Shown here one piece after another: positions 1 through 8,394 of a DNA stretch of 41,632 bases. The notes beneath the pieces were generated by a model. The model was not told where the DNA came from. It worked only from the letters and a program-made list of their open reading frames with translations, and ran no database searches. A program made the position numbers and the translations under genes. Numbering within the stretch: the first letter of the stretch is position 1; every line of letters starts with the position of its first letter. This DNA is from a virus (Duplodnaviria > Heunggongvirae > Uroviricota > Caudoviricetes). The DNA is taken from IMG/VR virus record IMGVR_UViG_2579778554_000004; one strand, 5' to 3'.

Positions 1-516
1 ATGAAATTTAAAAAATGTCTTCTGCCTGTGGCAATGTTAGCGTCATTCACTCTGGCAGGATGCCAGTCAAATGCTGATGATCATGCCGCCGATGTTTATC
101 AAACCGATCAACTGAATACCAAACAAGAAACTAAAACCGTTAATATTATTTCCATTCTTCCCGCAAAAGTTGCCGTAGACAACGCCCAAAATAAACGAAA
201 TGCACAAGCCTTCGGCGCGCTTATTGGTGCAGTCGCTGGCGGTGTAATCGGCCACAACGTGGGGTCTGGCAGCAATTCCGGAACGACGGCAGGTGCAGTT
301 GGCGGCGGAGCTGTTGGCGCGGCAGCGGGTTCTATGGTGAATGATAAAACCTTAGTGGAAGGTGTTTCTCTAACGTATAAGGAAGGCACCAAAGTGTATA
401 CCTCCACCCAGGTGGGTAAAGAGTGCCAGTTTACGACAGGTTTAGCCGTTGTTATTACCACGACGTATAACGAAACGCGTATTCAGCCAAATACGAAATG
501 TCCTGAAAAGAGCTAA
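1..516 (+). CDS. Outer-membrane lipoprotein, glycine-zipper (YcfJ/SlyB/17-kDa antigen-like); probable host gene or phage cargo
   Basis: Signal peptide with lipobox LAGC; Gly-zipper GALIGAVAGGVIGHNVGSG recalled as similar to E. coli YcfJ. Confidence 0.7.
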   Translation: MKFKKCLLPVAMLASFTLAGCQSNADDHAADVYQTDQLNTKQETKTVNIISILPAKVAVDNAQNKRNAQAFGALIGAVAGGVIGHNVGSGSNSGTTAGAVGGGAVGAAAGSMVNDKTLVEGVSLTYKEGTKVYTSTQVGKECQFTTGLAVVITTTYNETRIQPNTKCPEKS

Positions 517-531
517 TGATCAGGAGGAGTC

Positions 532-1071
532 ATGAAGAAAGTTTTTCTTTGCGCCATCTTAGCCTCCTTAAGCTATCCGGCTATCGCCTCATCATTGCAG
601 GATCAACTCTCGGCTGTCGCAGAAGCGGAACAGCAAGGTAAAAATGAAGAGCAAAGGCAGCATGACGAATGGGTCGCGGAGCGCAACAGGGAAATCCAGC
701 AAGAGAAGCAACGTCGCGCAAACGCCCAGGCCGCGGCTAATAAAAGAGCGGCAACGGCAGCGGCGAATAAGAAAGCTCGTCAGGATAAACTGGACGCCGA
801 AGCCACTGCGGACAAAAGACGCGATCAAAGTTATGAAGATGAGCTACGCAGCTTAGAGATTCAGAAGCAAAAACTGGCGCTGGCGAAAGAAGAAGCCCGC
901 GTTAAGCGAGAAAACGAATTTATCGATCAGGAACTGAAGCACAAAGCTGCGCAAACCGATGTGGTGCAATCTGAAGCTGACGCAAACAGGAATATGACTG
1001 AAGGCGGTCGCGATCTGATGAAAAGCGTGGGCAAAGCAGAAGAGAATAAATCAGATAGCTGGTTTAATTAA
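532..1071 (+). CDS. Secreted charged, coiled-coil-like protein of unknown function
   Basis: Strong SD AGGAGG 521-526 before ATG; N-terminal signal peptide ending AIASS; K/E/Q/R-rich body. Confidence 0.65.
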   Translation: MKKVFLCAILASLSYPAIASSLQDQLSAVAEAEQQGKNEEQRQHDEWVAERNREIQQEKQRRANAQAAANKRAATAAANKKARQDKLDAEATADKRRDQSYEDELRSLEIQKQKLALAKEEARVKRENEFIDQELKHKAAQTDVVQSEADANRNMTEGGRDLMKSVGKAEENKSDSWFN

Positions 1072-1110
1072 TCGATGTTAGTAACTTCAATCCTATGATT
1101 CGTGAGTATA

Positions 1111-1143
1111 AAAAACCCTCTGTAGTAACAGAGGGTTTTGTTC
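1111..1143. terminator. Bidirectional intrinsic terminator between convergent genes
   Basis: AAAAA-AACCCTCTG-tagtaa-CAGAGGGTT-TTG hairpin with A-tract and T-tract on opposite sides. Confidence 0.7.
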
Positions 1144-1265
1144 ATTCATAGTGCAGAGTCAAATCATTCCCACTCAATTATTTACGATACACATAAACAA
1201 TTGACTGATAACAACTTTCTTCCAAATGATTTTCACCGTACCGTTTTATATACCGTCACCGGAAA

Positions 1266-1763
1266 TCAGTGCCACGATTTTTGCTTCTTCAGTGAATCGT
1301 ATTGCTGTTCGCAGGATTCTCCTGCAATCCGATACTTTTCAGCCTCAGCTGCTGTTGCGTTGTAAACTCGGTTGCTTTCTTCAAGCATGTCGGCGAGCAC
1401 ACCGATGACCTTGCTGGCTGGCGTGCCAGTGGGGAAAGATCCGGTATAGTGTTCGGCGAGTCGCTTGGTTTTGTCAAGCTCGGCGCGCAGGCTGTCAGCA
1501 GCGGCATTAGCATGCTCAGCATCAACACGCGCCACATCGATACGGGACTGTGCTTCACGTTCAATTTGTGTTTTCTCCTGATCACGTTGTGACCTGGCCT
1601 TATCATCAGCCTGTTTCTGATCTTCCTGTGCCTGCGCATACCCGGCGTCGTACTGACGACTGCCGTGTGCATTCCAGGCTACAACTCCTGATATGACCAG
1701 AACAGCAAGCATCGCCATGATAACCAACTGTTTCCAGTATGCTTTTGCGAATGCCCAGATCAT
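1266..1763 (-). CDS. Rz-like i-spanin
   Basis: N-terminal TM helix then charged coiled-coil region; start overlaps endolysin stop (ATGA); last gene of lysis cassette. Confidence 0.7.
   Translation of the reverse strand: MIWAFAKAYWKQLVIMAMLAVLVISGVVAWNAHGSRQYDAGYAQAQEDQKQADDKARSQRDQEKTQIEREAQSRIDVARVDAEHANAAADSLRAELDKTKRLAEHYTGSFPTGTPASKVIGVLADMLEESNRVYNATAAEAEKYRIAGESCEQQYDSLKKQKSWH
1289..1537 (-). CDS. Rz1-like o-spanin lipoprotein embedded in Rz in another frame
   Basis: Embedded ORF with MWRVLMLSMLMPLLTAC signal and lipobox, Pro-rich mature part; start Met ambiguous (several in-frame ATGs). Confidence 0.45.
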   Translation of the reverse strand: MWRVLMLSMLMPLLTACAPSLTKPSDSPNTIPDLSPLARQPARSSVCSPTCLKKATEFTTQQQLRLKSIGLQENPANSNTIH

Positions 1764-2389
1764 ACCGCCAGCACCTTACTGGCAGTGATGTACCGCGCGC
1801 GCCGGTCGTCGATGCCGTTCCGGCCACCATTGATAATCAGAGTTACACGTGCAATATCGCCGGTATACTTCATGCATCCTTTGCTGGCAAAGAACCACGC
1901 CGCGCTACGAGCCGCGTATTCGTCCTGCGCCAGCAGTTCAGGACTCTCCAGCAGGTCAACCTTAAGACCGTTTCCACAGTCACGATAGTTATTCAAACCG
2001 GTAATCTGGATAAGTCCGCGACCACGGTAATTCCAGCCATCACCAGAGGCATTGTTACCCATGCGTTTGCTGTACACCAGATTTGCGATCGCGCGCTGGC
2101 GCTCAAGTGGCAATGGTGGCTCACCAGCACGGCGGCCCAGTGCGTTAGCCTGTCCCTGGGTGAGACGCCCAGCCCGAACGAAGTTAGCCAGTCCGGTGAC
2201 GCTGTAGTTGAAATTTTCCTGCAACCGGTTGAAGCCACCAGACTCATGCCCGACCTGAGCAATAAACATTGCCTGATCTTCGGGTTTGCTGATACCAAAC
2301 TCTTTCATCGCAGAAGTTATATGCGAGAACCAGCGAGCGGCCAGCGCCTCGCTAATACCAGCAGCTCGCTGGAATTGTTTAATCTCCAT
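1760..2389 (-). CDS. Endolysin, glycoside hydrolase family 19 (chitinase-like lysozyme)
   Basis: FIAQVGHESGGF...NYRGRGLIQITG motifs typical of GH19; start at internal ATG 2389 with GAGGT RBS (long ORF 1760-2620 is an upstream extension). Confidence 0.85.
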   Translation of the reverse strand: MEIKQFQRAAGISEALAARWFSHITSAMKEFGISKPEDQAMFIAQVGHESGGFNRLQENFNYSVTGLANFVRAGRLTQGQANALGRRAGEPPLPLERQRAIANLVYSKRMGNNASGDGWNYRGRGLIQITGLNNYRDCGNGLKVDLLESPELLAQDEYAARSAAWFFASKGCMKYTGDIARVTLIINGGRNGIDDRRARYITASKVLAV

Positions 2390-2687
2390 GTTTAGACCTC
2401 GATATTTTGAAAATATGAACAACGTTACCGCGTGTTTTAATAACCGCGGCAAGCATGACAGCGTTGATAATGACCTCAGATAAATCCACAGCCATTGGCG
2501 TGCGTAACCAGATTGCATAGACGACACGAACAGGAATACTTGCCGCAGCAACAATAAGGAAATAAGCAAGCCACCCTCCCCATCTTCGATGTTGAGAGCC
2601 GTTACGCCGGAATGTGACAACGCGAATTGCTATGCCAGTACAAATAACTGCATTGGTGATAAGCAAAAAAAACTCATGCGTTACCAT
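2379..2687 (-). CDS. Holin-like small membrane protein
   Basis: About 3 predicted TM segments; immediately upstream of and overlapping endolysin start. Confidence 0.6.
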   Translation of the reverse strand: MVTHEFFLLITNAVICTGIAIRVVTFRRNGSQHRRWGGWLAYFLIVAAASIPVRVVYAIWLRTPMAVDLSEVIINAVMLAAVIKTRGNVVHIFKISRSKHGD

Positions 2688-3078
2688 CGTCTTTTCTCCC
2701 CGGAATTAACTCGCGTGGATTATCGGAACGGTGATAGAGCCAGATGCCAATACGCACGGCGACAATTGCTGACACGAATGCGCCTGCAGAGAAAACAATC
2801 CCTTTTTCAAAAGAGTCCTGCGTGATGGTAGGGATCAGGCTGGCTATGCCGATAAGAATTGATGCTGCTGGTTTGTAAAAGAGAAGGCCGCAAAGAAAGC
2901 TGAGCATCGACAGGAGCACCCGGCGACGGATGGGGTACTCTACTGCAGAGGTAACAAAAATTACCGCCCCAGCCAAAGCCCCTAAAGCAACCTCCGGAGG
3001 GACACCTGCAATAACCGCAGCAAGAGAACTAACACTAAGCCACTGATTTGAAGTTTCATTGGTTAGTTGGAATGACAT
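2674..3078 (-). CDS. Holin or antiholin-like membrane protein
   Basis: Multiple hydrophobic segments; first gene of lysis cassette downstream of tailspike. Confidence 0.55.
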   Translation of the reverse strand: MSFQLTNETSNQWLSVSSLAAVIAGVPPEVALGALAGAVIFVTSAVEYPIRRRVLLSMLSFLCGLLFYKPAASILIGIASLIPTITQDSFEKGIVFSAGAFVSAIVAVRIGIWLYHRSDNPRELIPGRKDDGNA

Positions 3079-3150
3079 AACGAAACCCGTTTATTTGCAA
3101 ACACCCTGCTTCAGGAAAAGTATACCGCGCAACAACACACCATTTACGGT

Positions 3151-5613
3151 TCAATTCCCTGTTAATTGCAAAACTTGCTCTTCCAGCTTTTTAACCCTGC
3201 GTCTCATCATCGCAGATTCCAGAATCAGAGCCTCTTCATAACGGATACCGTAACATTCACCAGCCTCGACGGCTTCGCGTACCAGAACCTTTGTCTGTAT
3301 AAGTGGGTAAACTCCTGCAGAATGCTCTTCTTCCGTCACATCCCTGTATTCTGCCGGGGTCTCATTCCACTTGTCATAACAGATAAATGCCAGTCGTGAC
3401 ACATCTATGCCTTCATTCTGAAATACACTGATAACATGCTGCGCAACTGCACCAAAGTGCCATCTTGCTCCGTCTTTACCTTTCACTTCGATCCTGTCAA
3501 GGTACTGGTATGAAACCCATTCCACTCTTTCCCATGCGTCCAGTATTTTCTCATCAATAACCTCTGGAGCAGTCTTGAAACGCGCATCGGACAGCACCGT
3601 AAACGCTGACTGGGTAAATCCCCCCGACCATGCACGACCAGCCAACCCAAGAGAATAAGTATTCGTTGTCGATGGTGTCATGGCTGAATCAGAAAACTGT
3701 ATATATTCTGAATTTCCAGTAGATATTCGAATATTTCCATTTATTAGCGACATAGTGCCTTTAGTATTATCACTATTGAATAATTTCAATTGCGAACTTA
3801 TACCGCCTCCCACAGCCAGAGATACATCGCCTTCAGCAAGCATTCTGAATTTATCTGCAGAAACAAGCGTCTGGTTAGCAAGGTTAAAATATTTAACCCA
3901 CCATTCAAAACGCCCTGACATAGTCCCAACGTACTGACCAAGCGCAGGGACGTGAACAACATTGCTATTTGTAGTGCCGTCTATACTGGAAATACCAGTC
4001 ACCGCTGATGCAGAACTCAGAATATTATTTCTGTCACCCGGATGTTTAATTTCAACAAAGTTCCTGATACACCCTTCCTCGAAGGTAACCACGCCGGAAG
4101 AACTATACATGGGGAATATTGACGCATAATTACTGCGTGCAGCATCTAAGAAACGAATGGTTGTAGATGTCTGCAGATCTCCTGATTCATTTTTCCCATC
4201 ACACCCAGTCATTAGAATATTACTGGCAATATTATTATTTCCCTGAACGGTGACTCCGTGCGCCTGCTTTGCGTCCGATTCAGAGTAATCAACCAGCACA
4301 TTCGAAATCAGGTTACCAGTCCCCTTGCCAACAACTACTGCGGCGTATTTTGGGTTGTTAGCCATTACACTGCTAATGATATTATTCGTTGGGGCAGTTT
4401 CCGTCTCAGTTCCATTGTAAACAACGTGCTGACACTCTTCACCAATAACATTGCTGACAATGTTATATTTTGCTGCTGTTTTAAGTTCCACTGCACCAAA
4501 CTGAGGATAATTTCTGGCTATCACACCATCAATTAGCGTATTTTGCGATGAATCAAAAAGCACACAACCTGCTTTTTTATTATTTGCGAACCCTAAATAC
4601 TCTCCTCTTATATCTCTAACAATGTAACCTGACGGAATACCATTATTCGGATAAGCGATCAAGCTAAATCCTGTTCCTCGCGTATTTGTAAATCTGATAT
4701 TTTTAACCGATACATCATGGCCACCTGAAAATGACACCTGGTGTCCCTGCACACTATCATCTGATTTATTTCCCATAATTGTTAGCGTACTAAGCATGCC
4801 ACCATCGGGCATGTTAAAAACCAGATGATTACCATCTCTGTCATACTGTTTTATCGTTCCCCCACCTGTTCCGTACAAGCCACAACGTGAAAGAGAAACT
4901 AAAGATGTATTGAATACCCCTTCCGGAACAAAAACACTGCTAAACGAATGTAATGATTTTGTAAAAGCCTCCTTGTTATCATTTAAGATTCCATTTTGAG
5001 CTCCAAAATCCTTAATGCTGACACCATCACGCATCTTATCCTGGAGTGTTCTGTATACCGCTCCAGAACCATACTGAATAAACCAACCAAAACCACCAAC
5101 AACCCCGGCGATTGCAGCATCGACATAATTACGCATTGAGCGATTATTTACAGCGTCCTGCTCAAGTGATGGATCGGCAAGGTTAGATATTCTGTTTTGC
5201 TTTGCATCGTAATATTTTGCAAGCAAAGATGGTTTCATCAATGCACGTCTGAACCACCCAAAACATCGCTGGATCAGCATCGTCAGGTAGTCAAATGCAT
5301 CCTCATGAACTTCGGGGAAAAATTTTCCCTGATTGCGAAGATCAGTCTCCTGCACCACATCAAGCACACGCTCTATCGTGATTCGCCAGCCAGCAGCAAG
5401 CGGCGACGGAAGAACCACTGCACCGCCACTATAAGTTCCCGCCCCTGTTACCGTATAACCAGCATCCAGCACTAGTTTTGTAACGTTACCGTTAAGGTCA
5501 GACACCTGAACAACCAGGTCGGATTTTTTGAAAATACGGAAGGTATACGGAAATGATGTCGTAACGCCGTTACCTGTGTATTCGTTGTGGTCAACTTCGG
5601 TTGAGACCGTCAT
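3151..5613 (-). CDS. Tailspike protein with C-terminal intramolecular chaperone (peptidase S74-like) domain
   Basis: 820 aa; conserved podovirus head-binding N-terminus; Gly/Asn/Ser-rich beta-helix-like centre; C-terminal SDARFK...WHFGAVAQHV chaperone motif. Confidence 0.9.
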   Translation of the reverse strand: MTVSTEVDHNEYTGNGVTTSFPYTFRIFKKSDLVVQVSDLNGNVTKLVLDAGYTVTGAGTYSGGAVVLPSPLAAGWRITIERVLDVVQETDLRNQGKFFPEVHEDAFDYLTMLIQRCFGWFRRALMKPSLLAKYYDAKQNRISNLADPSLEQDAVNNRSMRNYVDAAIAGVVGGFGWFIQYGSGAVYRTLQDKMRDGVSIKDFGAQNGILNDNKEAFTKSLHSFSSVFVPEGVFNTSLVSLSRCGLYGTGGGTIKQYDRDGNHLVFNMPDGGMLSTLTIMGNKSDDSVQGHQVSFSGGHDVSVKNIRFTNTRGTGFSLIAYPNNGIPSGYIVRDIRGEYLGFANNKKAGCVLFDSSQNTLIDGVIARNYPQFGAVELKTAAKYNIVSNVIGEECQHVVYNGTETETAPTNNIISSVMANNPKYAAVVVGKGTGNLISNVLVDYSESDAKQAHGVTVQGNNNIASNILMTGCDGKNESGDLQTSTTIRFLDAARSNYASIFPMYSSSGVVTFEEGCIRNFVEIKHPGDRNNILSSASAVTGISSIDGTTNSNVVHVPALGQYVGTMSGRFEWWVKYFNLANQTLVSADKFRMLAEGDVSLAVGGGISSQLKLFNSDNTKGTMSLINGNIRISTGNSEYIQFSDSAMTPSTTNTYSLGLAGRAWSGGFTQSAFTVLSDARFKTAPEVIDEKILDAWERVEWVSYQYLDRIEVKGKDGARWHFGAVAQHVISVFQNEGIDVSRLAFICYDKWNETPAEYRDVTEEEHSAGVYPLIQTKVLVREAVEAGECYGIRYEEALILESAMMRRRVKKLEEQVLQLTGN

Positions 5614-5717
5614 GTTAAATCTCCAGATAGTCGCAGCACCCGTTGCGCCGCATATCTGGTTATTCTATTACCCGAAAAACCATATATGGATAGAGAGACT
5701 GTGAATATGAATAGATA

Positions 5718-5732
5718 TTACCTTTCAGGTAA
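5718..5732. promoter_or_regulatory. Operator-like palindrome TTACC-N5-GGTAA (site 1 of 13)
   Basis: attacctttcaggtaat; intergenic, upstream of LexA box and the 5810 gene. Confidence 0.5.
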
Positions 5733-5769
5733 TTTTCAAAACGTGCTGGATAGCAAACAAATTATTTGC

Positions 5770-5789
5770 TACTGTATAAATATACAGTT
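5770..5789. promoter_or_regulatory. LexA (SOS) box
   Basis: TACTGTATAAATATACAGTT: CTGT-N8-ACAG matching the E. coli consensus at 18 of 20 positions; 6-20 nt upstream of the next start codon. Confidence 0.65.
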
Positions 5790-5809
5790 ATTGCATGGAG
5801 AAGATTAAG

Positions 5810-6067
5810 ATGCAGCAGTATCACTATCCACTGGAAGAGGGATTTACCGAAAGGATTCACACGCCGGGAGGCGTCAGGTCACTGGTGGAGGGATCGCACT
5901 TGATGAAATTACTCCGGGATCTCGATAAGGATGGATTTAATGTCGATGGTCCACTTGCCGAACTGACTGCACTGATTAACTACGTCACCAGCTCACAGAT
6001 GTCTATGCGGGATCTGCAAACACATCTCGACTATTGTGCCGAACAATTACGAAAACAAACCAGATAA
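5810..6067 (+). CDS. Small SOS-box-associated protein consisting only of the domain found at the C-termini of the two antirepressor-like proteins; candidate antirepressor
   Basis: GGAG RBS 9 nt upstream of ATG 5810 (alternative ATG 5795); alignable to the C-terminal ~75 aa of the 6385 and 8152 gene products. Confidence 0.6.
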   Translation: MQQYHYPLEEGFTERIHTPGGVRSLVEGSHLMKLLRDLDKDGFNVDGPLAELTALINYVTSSQMSMRDLQTHLDYCAEQLRKQTR

Positions 6068-6070
6068 GGT

Positions 6071-6099
6071 TTGTAATTACCAAGTGGAGTGCTTATATT
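6071..6099 (+). promoter_or_regulatory. Sigma70-like promoter (TTGTAA-17-TATATT) abutting an operator
   Basis: -35 6071-6076, -10 6094-6099, operator palindrome 6099-6113 immediately downstream. Confidence 0.45.
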
Positions 6100-6384
6100 T
6101 ACCTTTGCGGTAAATTTACACCGCACTCCTCTTGTGCCATAGTAATCGGGCACTGGCAAAATCCAGTGCCGGGATTGGTCTCCCGGATTACTAAGTGGCG
6201 CATACCACGCCAGACGTGGTTTTTTTATGCGTATAGCACAGTCATGCCAGAATTATGGTGGGCTGAATGGGGGTCCGAAAGGACGCCGGTACCACTTAGG
6301 CCGGTAAGACCAACTCCGTTCAGTTCACCACCATCTGATTGGTCTCAGCGGTGGTGATGTAATTCGCTAAGTGGAGACGCCATC
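6099..6384 (+). repeat. Left copy of duplicated ~285-nt structured leader (operator, hairpins, intrinsic terminator, pre-RBS hairpin) upstream of the antA-like gene
   Basis: Reverse-complement match to 8848-9131 with compensatory substitutions in stems; begins with TTACCTTTGCGGTAA. Confidence 0.75.
6204..6226 (+). terminator. Intrinsic terminator or attenuator inside the leader
   Basis: ACCACG-ccaga-CGTGGT followed by TTTTTT; alternative pairing GGCG/CGCC upstream could compete. Confidence 0.55.
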
Positions 6385-7041
6385 ATGAACGCTCAACTCA
6401 TCCCCGTATTCAACGGCACTATCGCCAACGAAACCACTCTTCTCGTTAATGCTCGCGATTTACATACTTTTCTTGGGGTAGGTAAACGCTTTGCATCGTG
6501 GATTACAGAACGCATTGCTGAATATGGTTTCGTTGAAAATCAGGACTATATTTTGGTTTCCCCAAATCGGGAAATCAAAGGTCGAGGAGGCGATCGCCGT
6601 AGCAAAGACTATCACCTCACCCTCGATACGGCCAAAGAAACTGCGATGGTCGAGCGCAACGAAAAAGGCCGCCAGATACGCCGATACTTCATTGAATGCG
6701 AGAAACGTTTAAGACAACAAGAAACAAAGGTGGAGAAGGTCTTGTCAGGCTTCATGCCCGCCATTATGGAGGCGATCAAGCTGGAAGACAAAAAAGAATA
6801 CAGTGCCCCACTGAAGCCCGGCTACCGCAGTCTGATTCACTCGCCGTCGGGTGTTCTCGGCCTGACGGAGAACTCACTGCTGATGAATCTGCTGAACCAG
6901 TTACAGGAAGACGGGCACGACGTATCGGGCGCGGCGGCGGAGCTGACCACCATGTTCTGCTACATCGTCGGTGTGAGCAAATGCCTGCGTGATATCCAGA
7001 CCCACGCGGAGTACATCAACGACAAGGCAGGGTTCTTCTGA
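6385..7041 (+). CDS. Antirepressor-like protein, AntA/AntB-type N-terminal domain plus shared C-terminal domain
   Basis: ARDLHTFLGVGKRFASWITERIAEYGFVENQDY pattern; C-terminal ~85 aa near-identical to C-terminus of the 8152-8847 product. Confidence 0.8.
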   Translation: MNAQLIPVFNGTIANETTLLVNARDLHTFLGVGKRFASWITERIAEYGFVENQDYILVSPNREIKGRGGDRRSKDYHLTLDTAKETAMVERNEKGRQIRRYFIECEKRLRQQETKVEKVLSGFMPAIMEAIKLEDKKEYSAPLKPGYRSLIHSPSGVLGLTENSLLMNLLNQLQEDGHDVSGAAAELTTMFCYIVGVSKCLRDIQTHAEYINDKAGFF

Positions 7042-7060
7042 CGGCGGCGGCACAGGGACG
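6789..7060. repeat. Inner inverted repeat, left copy (3' end of antA-like gene)
   Basis: Near-identical by eye to reverse complement of 8132-8394. Confidence 0.8.
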
Positions 7061-7076
7061 TGCAAAACGAAACTAT

Positions 7077-7090
7077 CGTGACATGTCACA
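7077..7090. promoter_or_regulatory. Conserved 14-mer CGTGACATGTCACA (copy 1 of 3)
   Basis: Identical 14-mer also at 27323-27336 and 29541-29554; contains palindrome GTGACATGTCAC. Confidence 0.4.
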
Positions 7091-7114
7091 GGCCGCTTTC
7101 GCGGCCTTGTTTTT
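7091..7114 (+). terminator. Intrinsic terminator after antA-like gene
   Basis: GGCCGC-tttc-GCGGCC followed by TTGTTTTT. Confidence 0.6.
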
Positions 7115-7345
7115 AACGAATGCCACCGCCGCCTGGGCGGGAATCCGCAGAACGCCCACCGCAGCGGGAGCCGTCAGCGGCAGTATCGCTGTCGTGCTGA
7201 CAACGACCGGCAAAGGCCTGAGTTGAAGCTACCAGAGACAACAAAACGAACAGTGCAGCAAATGCTTTTTTCATTGTGAAATTTCCATCTATAAGCCACC
7301 TCAATGTGGCGTCAATGAGTGTAGCACTGACTTTTGTTTCGTCCA

Positions 7346-7368
7346 CAAAAAAGCCCGCGCTGCGGGCT
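7346..7368 (-). terminator. Intrinsic terminator for the 210-aa gene
   Basis: Hairpin GCCCG-cgctg-CGGGC immediately after stop at 7373, followed on minus strand by U-run (A-tract 7346-7351 on plus). Confidence 0.65.
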
Positions 7369-7372
7369 TCTA

Positions 7373-8005
7373 TTAATGCAGTTTATCTTTGCTTATAACC
7401 AGTAGTCTGTGGGTATGCACATCTTTATCACTGCCCCAACAGAAATCAGCCCACTGGCTATAGAAATCATCCCATGATGTCATGAAGCTAAGAGGTCTAT
7501 CTTCTTCAGAGCCATCTGAAACGTATACATTATATCCTGGGGTGTTTATAGCCCAAGAAATCATTCTTTCCCAGAATCTTCTCCCATCGATTGTTTGTTG
7601 CTCATCAGATACAACGATCGCATATTGCTCTAGGAAGAACTGAAAAAAAATCTGAGGCAAACCATGAACAGCACGGTCATGAATAACATTAGGCGTACGC
7701 CATACCATGATCTGCGTACATGTTCTTTTGGCTTCGACGATATCTTCCCGAAAGATTAACTTAACCGCATACACCGTTTCTGGAGTATCGCTGGTAGTAA
7801 TCATTCTGTAATGATCGCCATTACAAGATTTTACAAGGCGATAACCATAAGGTGTTGTGAATCCCGGAAGAACGAAATCAACCACACCTTTCGCTAAGTA
7901 GCTTTCGGTGTGACTAGTGTTCTTCTCAGACATGTTCAGTTTTCTATCGAAATCTGCTTCTGGGATAATGTATGGCATCGCTTTTCTTGTTGTATTTGTT
8001 CTCAT
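7373..8005 (-). CDS. Hypothetical 210-aa cytoplasmic protein, orphan accessory gene (no family recognised)
   Basis: Strong SD GGGAGG before ATG; own operator-bearing upstream region and own terminator; AT-richer than flanks by eye. Confidence 0.75.
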   Translation of the reverse strand: MRTNTTRKAMPYIIPEADFDRKLNMSEKNTSHTESYLAKGVVDFVLPGFTTPYGYRLVKSCNGDHYRMITTSDTPETVYAVKLIFREDIVEAKRTCTQIMVWRTPNVIHDRAVHGLPQIFFQFFLEQYAIVVSDEQQTIDGRRFWERMISWAINTPGYNVYVSDGSEEDRPLSFMTSWDDFYSQWADFCWGSDKDVHTHRLLVISKDKLH

Positions 8006-8064
8006 TTCGTCCTCCCATGTTTGGCTACAGGACGCGTTTTGAAGGGAAGATTAAAAATGCTTTC

Positions 8065-8079
8065 TTACCCTTGAGGTAA
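8065..8079. promoter_or_regulatory. Operator-like palindrome TTACC-N5-GGTAA (site 3)
   Basis: ttacccttgaggtaa, about 60 bp upstream of the 210-aa gene start. Confidence 0.5.
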
Positions 8080-8131
8080 TAGTACGCTATTCACCCCCAG
8101 TCTGCAATCTGTACAGAATTATTTAAAGGCA

Positions 8132-8394
8132 CATCCCTGTGCCGCCGCCCGTCAGAAGAACCCTGCCTTGTCGTTGATGTACTCCGCGTGCGTCTGGATA
8201 TCACGCAGGCATTTGCTCACACCGACGATGTAGCAGAACATGGTGGTCAGTTCCGCCGCCGCGCCCGATACGTCGTGCCCGTCTTCCTGTAACTGGTTCA
8301 GCAGATTCATCAGCAGTGAGTTCTCCGTCAGGCCGAGAACACCCGACGGCGAATGAATCAGGCTGCGGTAGCCGGGCTTCAGCGGGGCACTGTA
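8132..8394. repeat. Inner inverted repeat, right copy (3' end of bro-like gene)
   Basis: Reverse complement matches 6789-7060 with only a few mismatches. Confidence 0.8.

Noticed and set aside
67-461. Minus-strand ORFs 67-255 and 108-461 inside the lipoprotein gene
   Set aside because: Antisense to a gene with a strong signal peptide and lipobox; Pro/Ala-rich artefact frames.
6034-6357. 107-aa plus-strand ORF spanning the left leader copy (and its counterpart 8930-9160 on the minus strand)
   Set aside because: The two ORFs share residues only where the nucleotides are near-identical and lose frame after the terminator hairpin; differences are compensatory in stems, which fits RNA structure rather than coding.
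7078-7089. Reading GTGACATGTCAC as a CRP site
   Set aside because: The CRP consensus has a 6-bp spacer between TGTGA and TCACA; here it is 4 bp, so CRP binding is not supported.
7113-7346. Minus-strand ORF with a possible signal peptide (MKKAFAALFVLLSLVASTQAFA)
   Set aside because: It lies downstream of the intrinsic terminator of the 210-aa gene, has a weak RBS and a low-complexity Gly/Arg-rich tail; retained only as a possibility.
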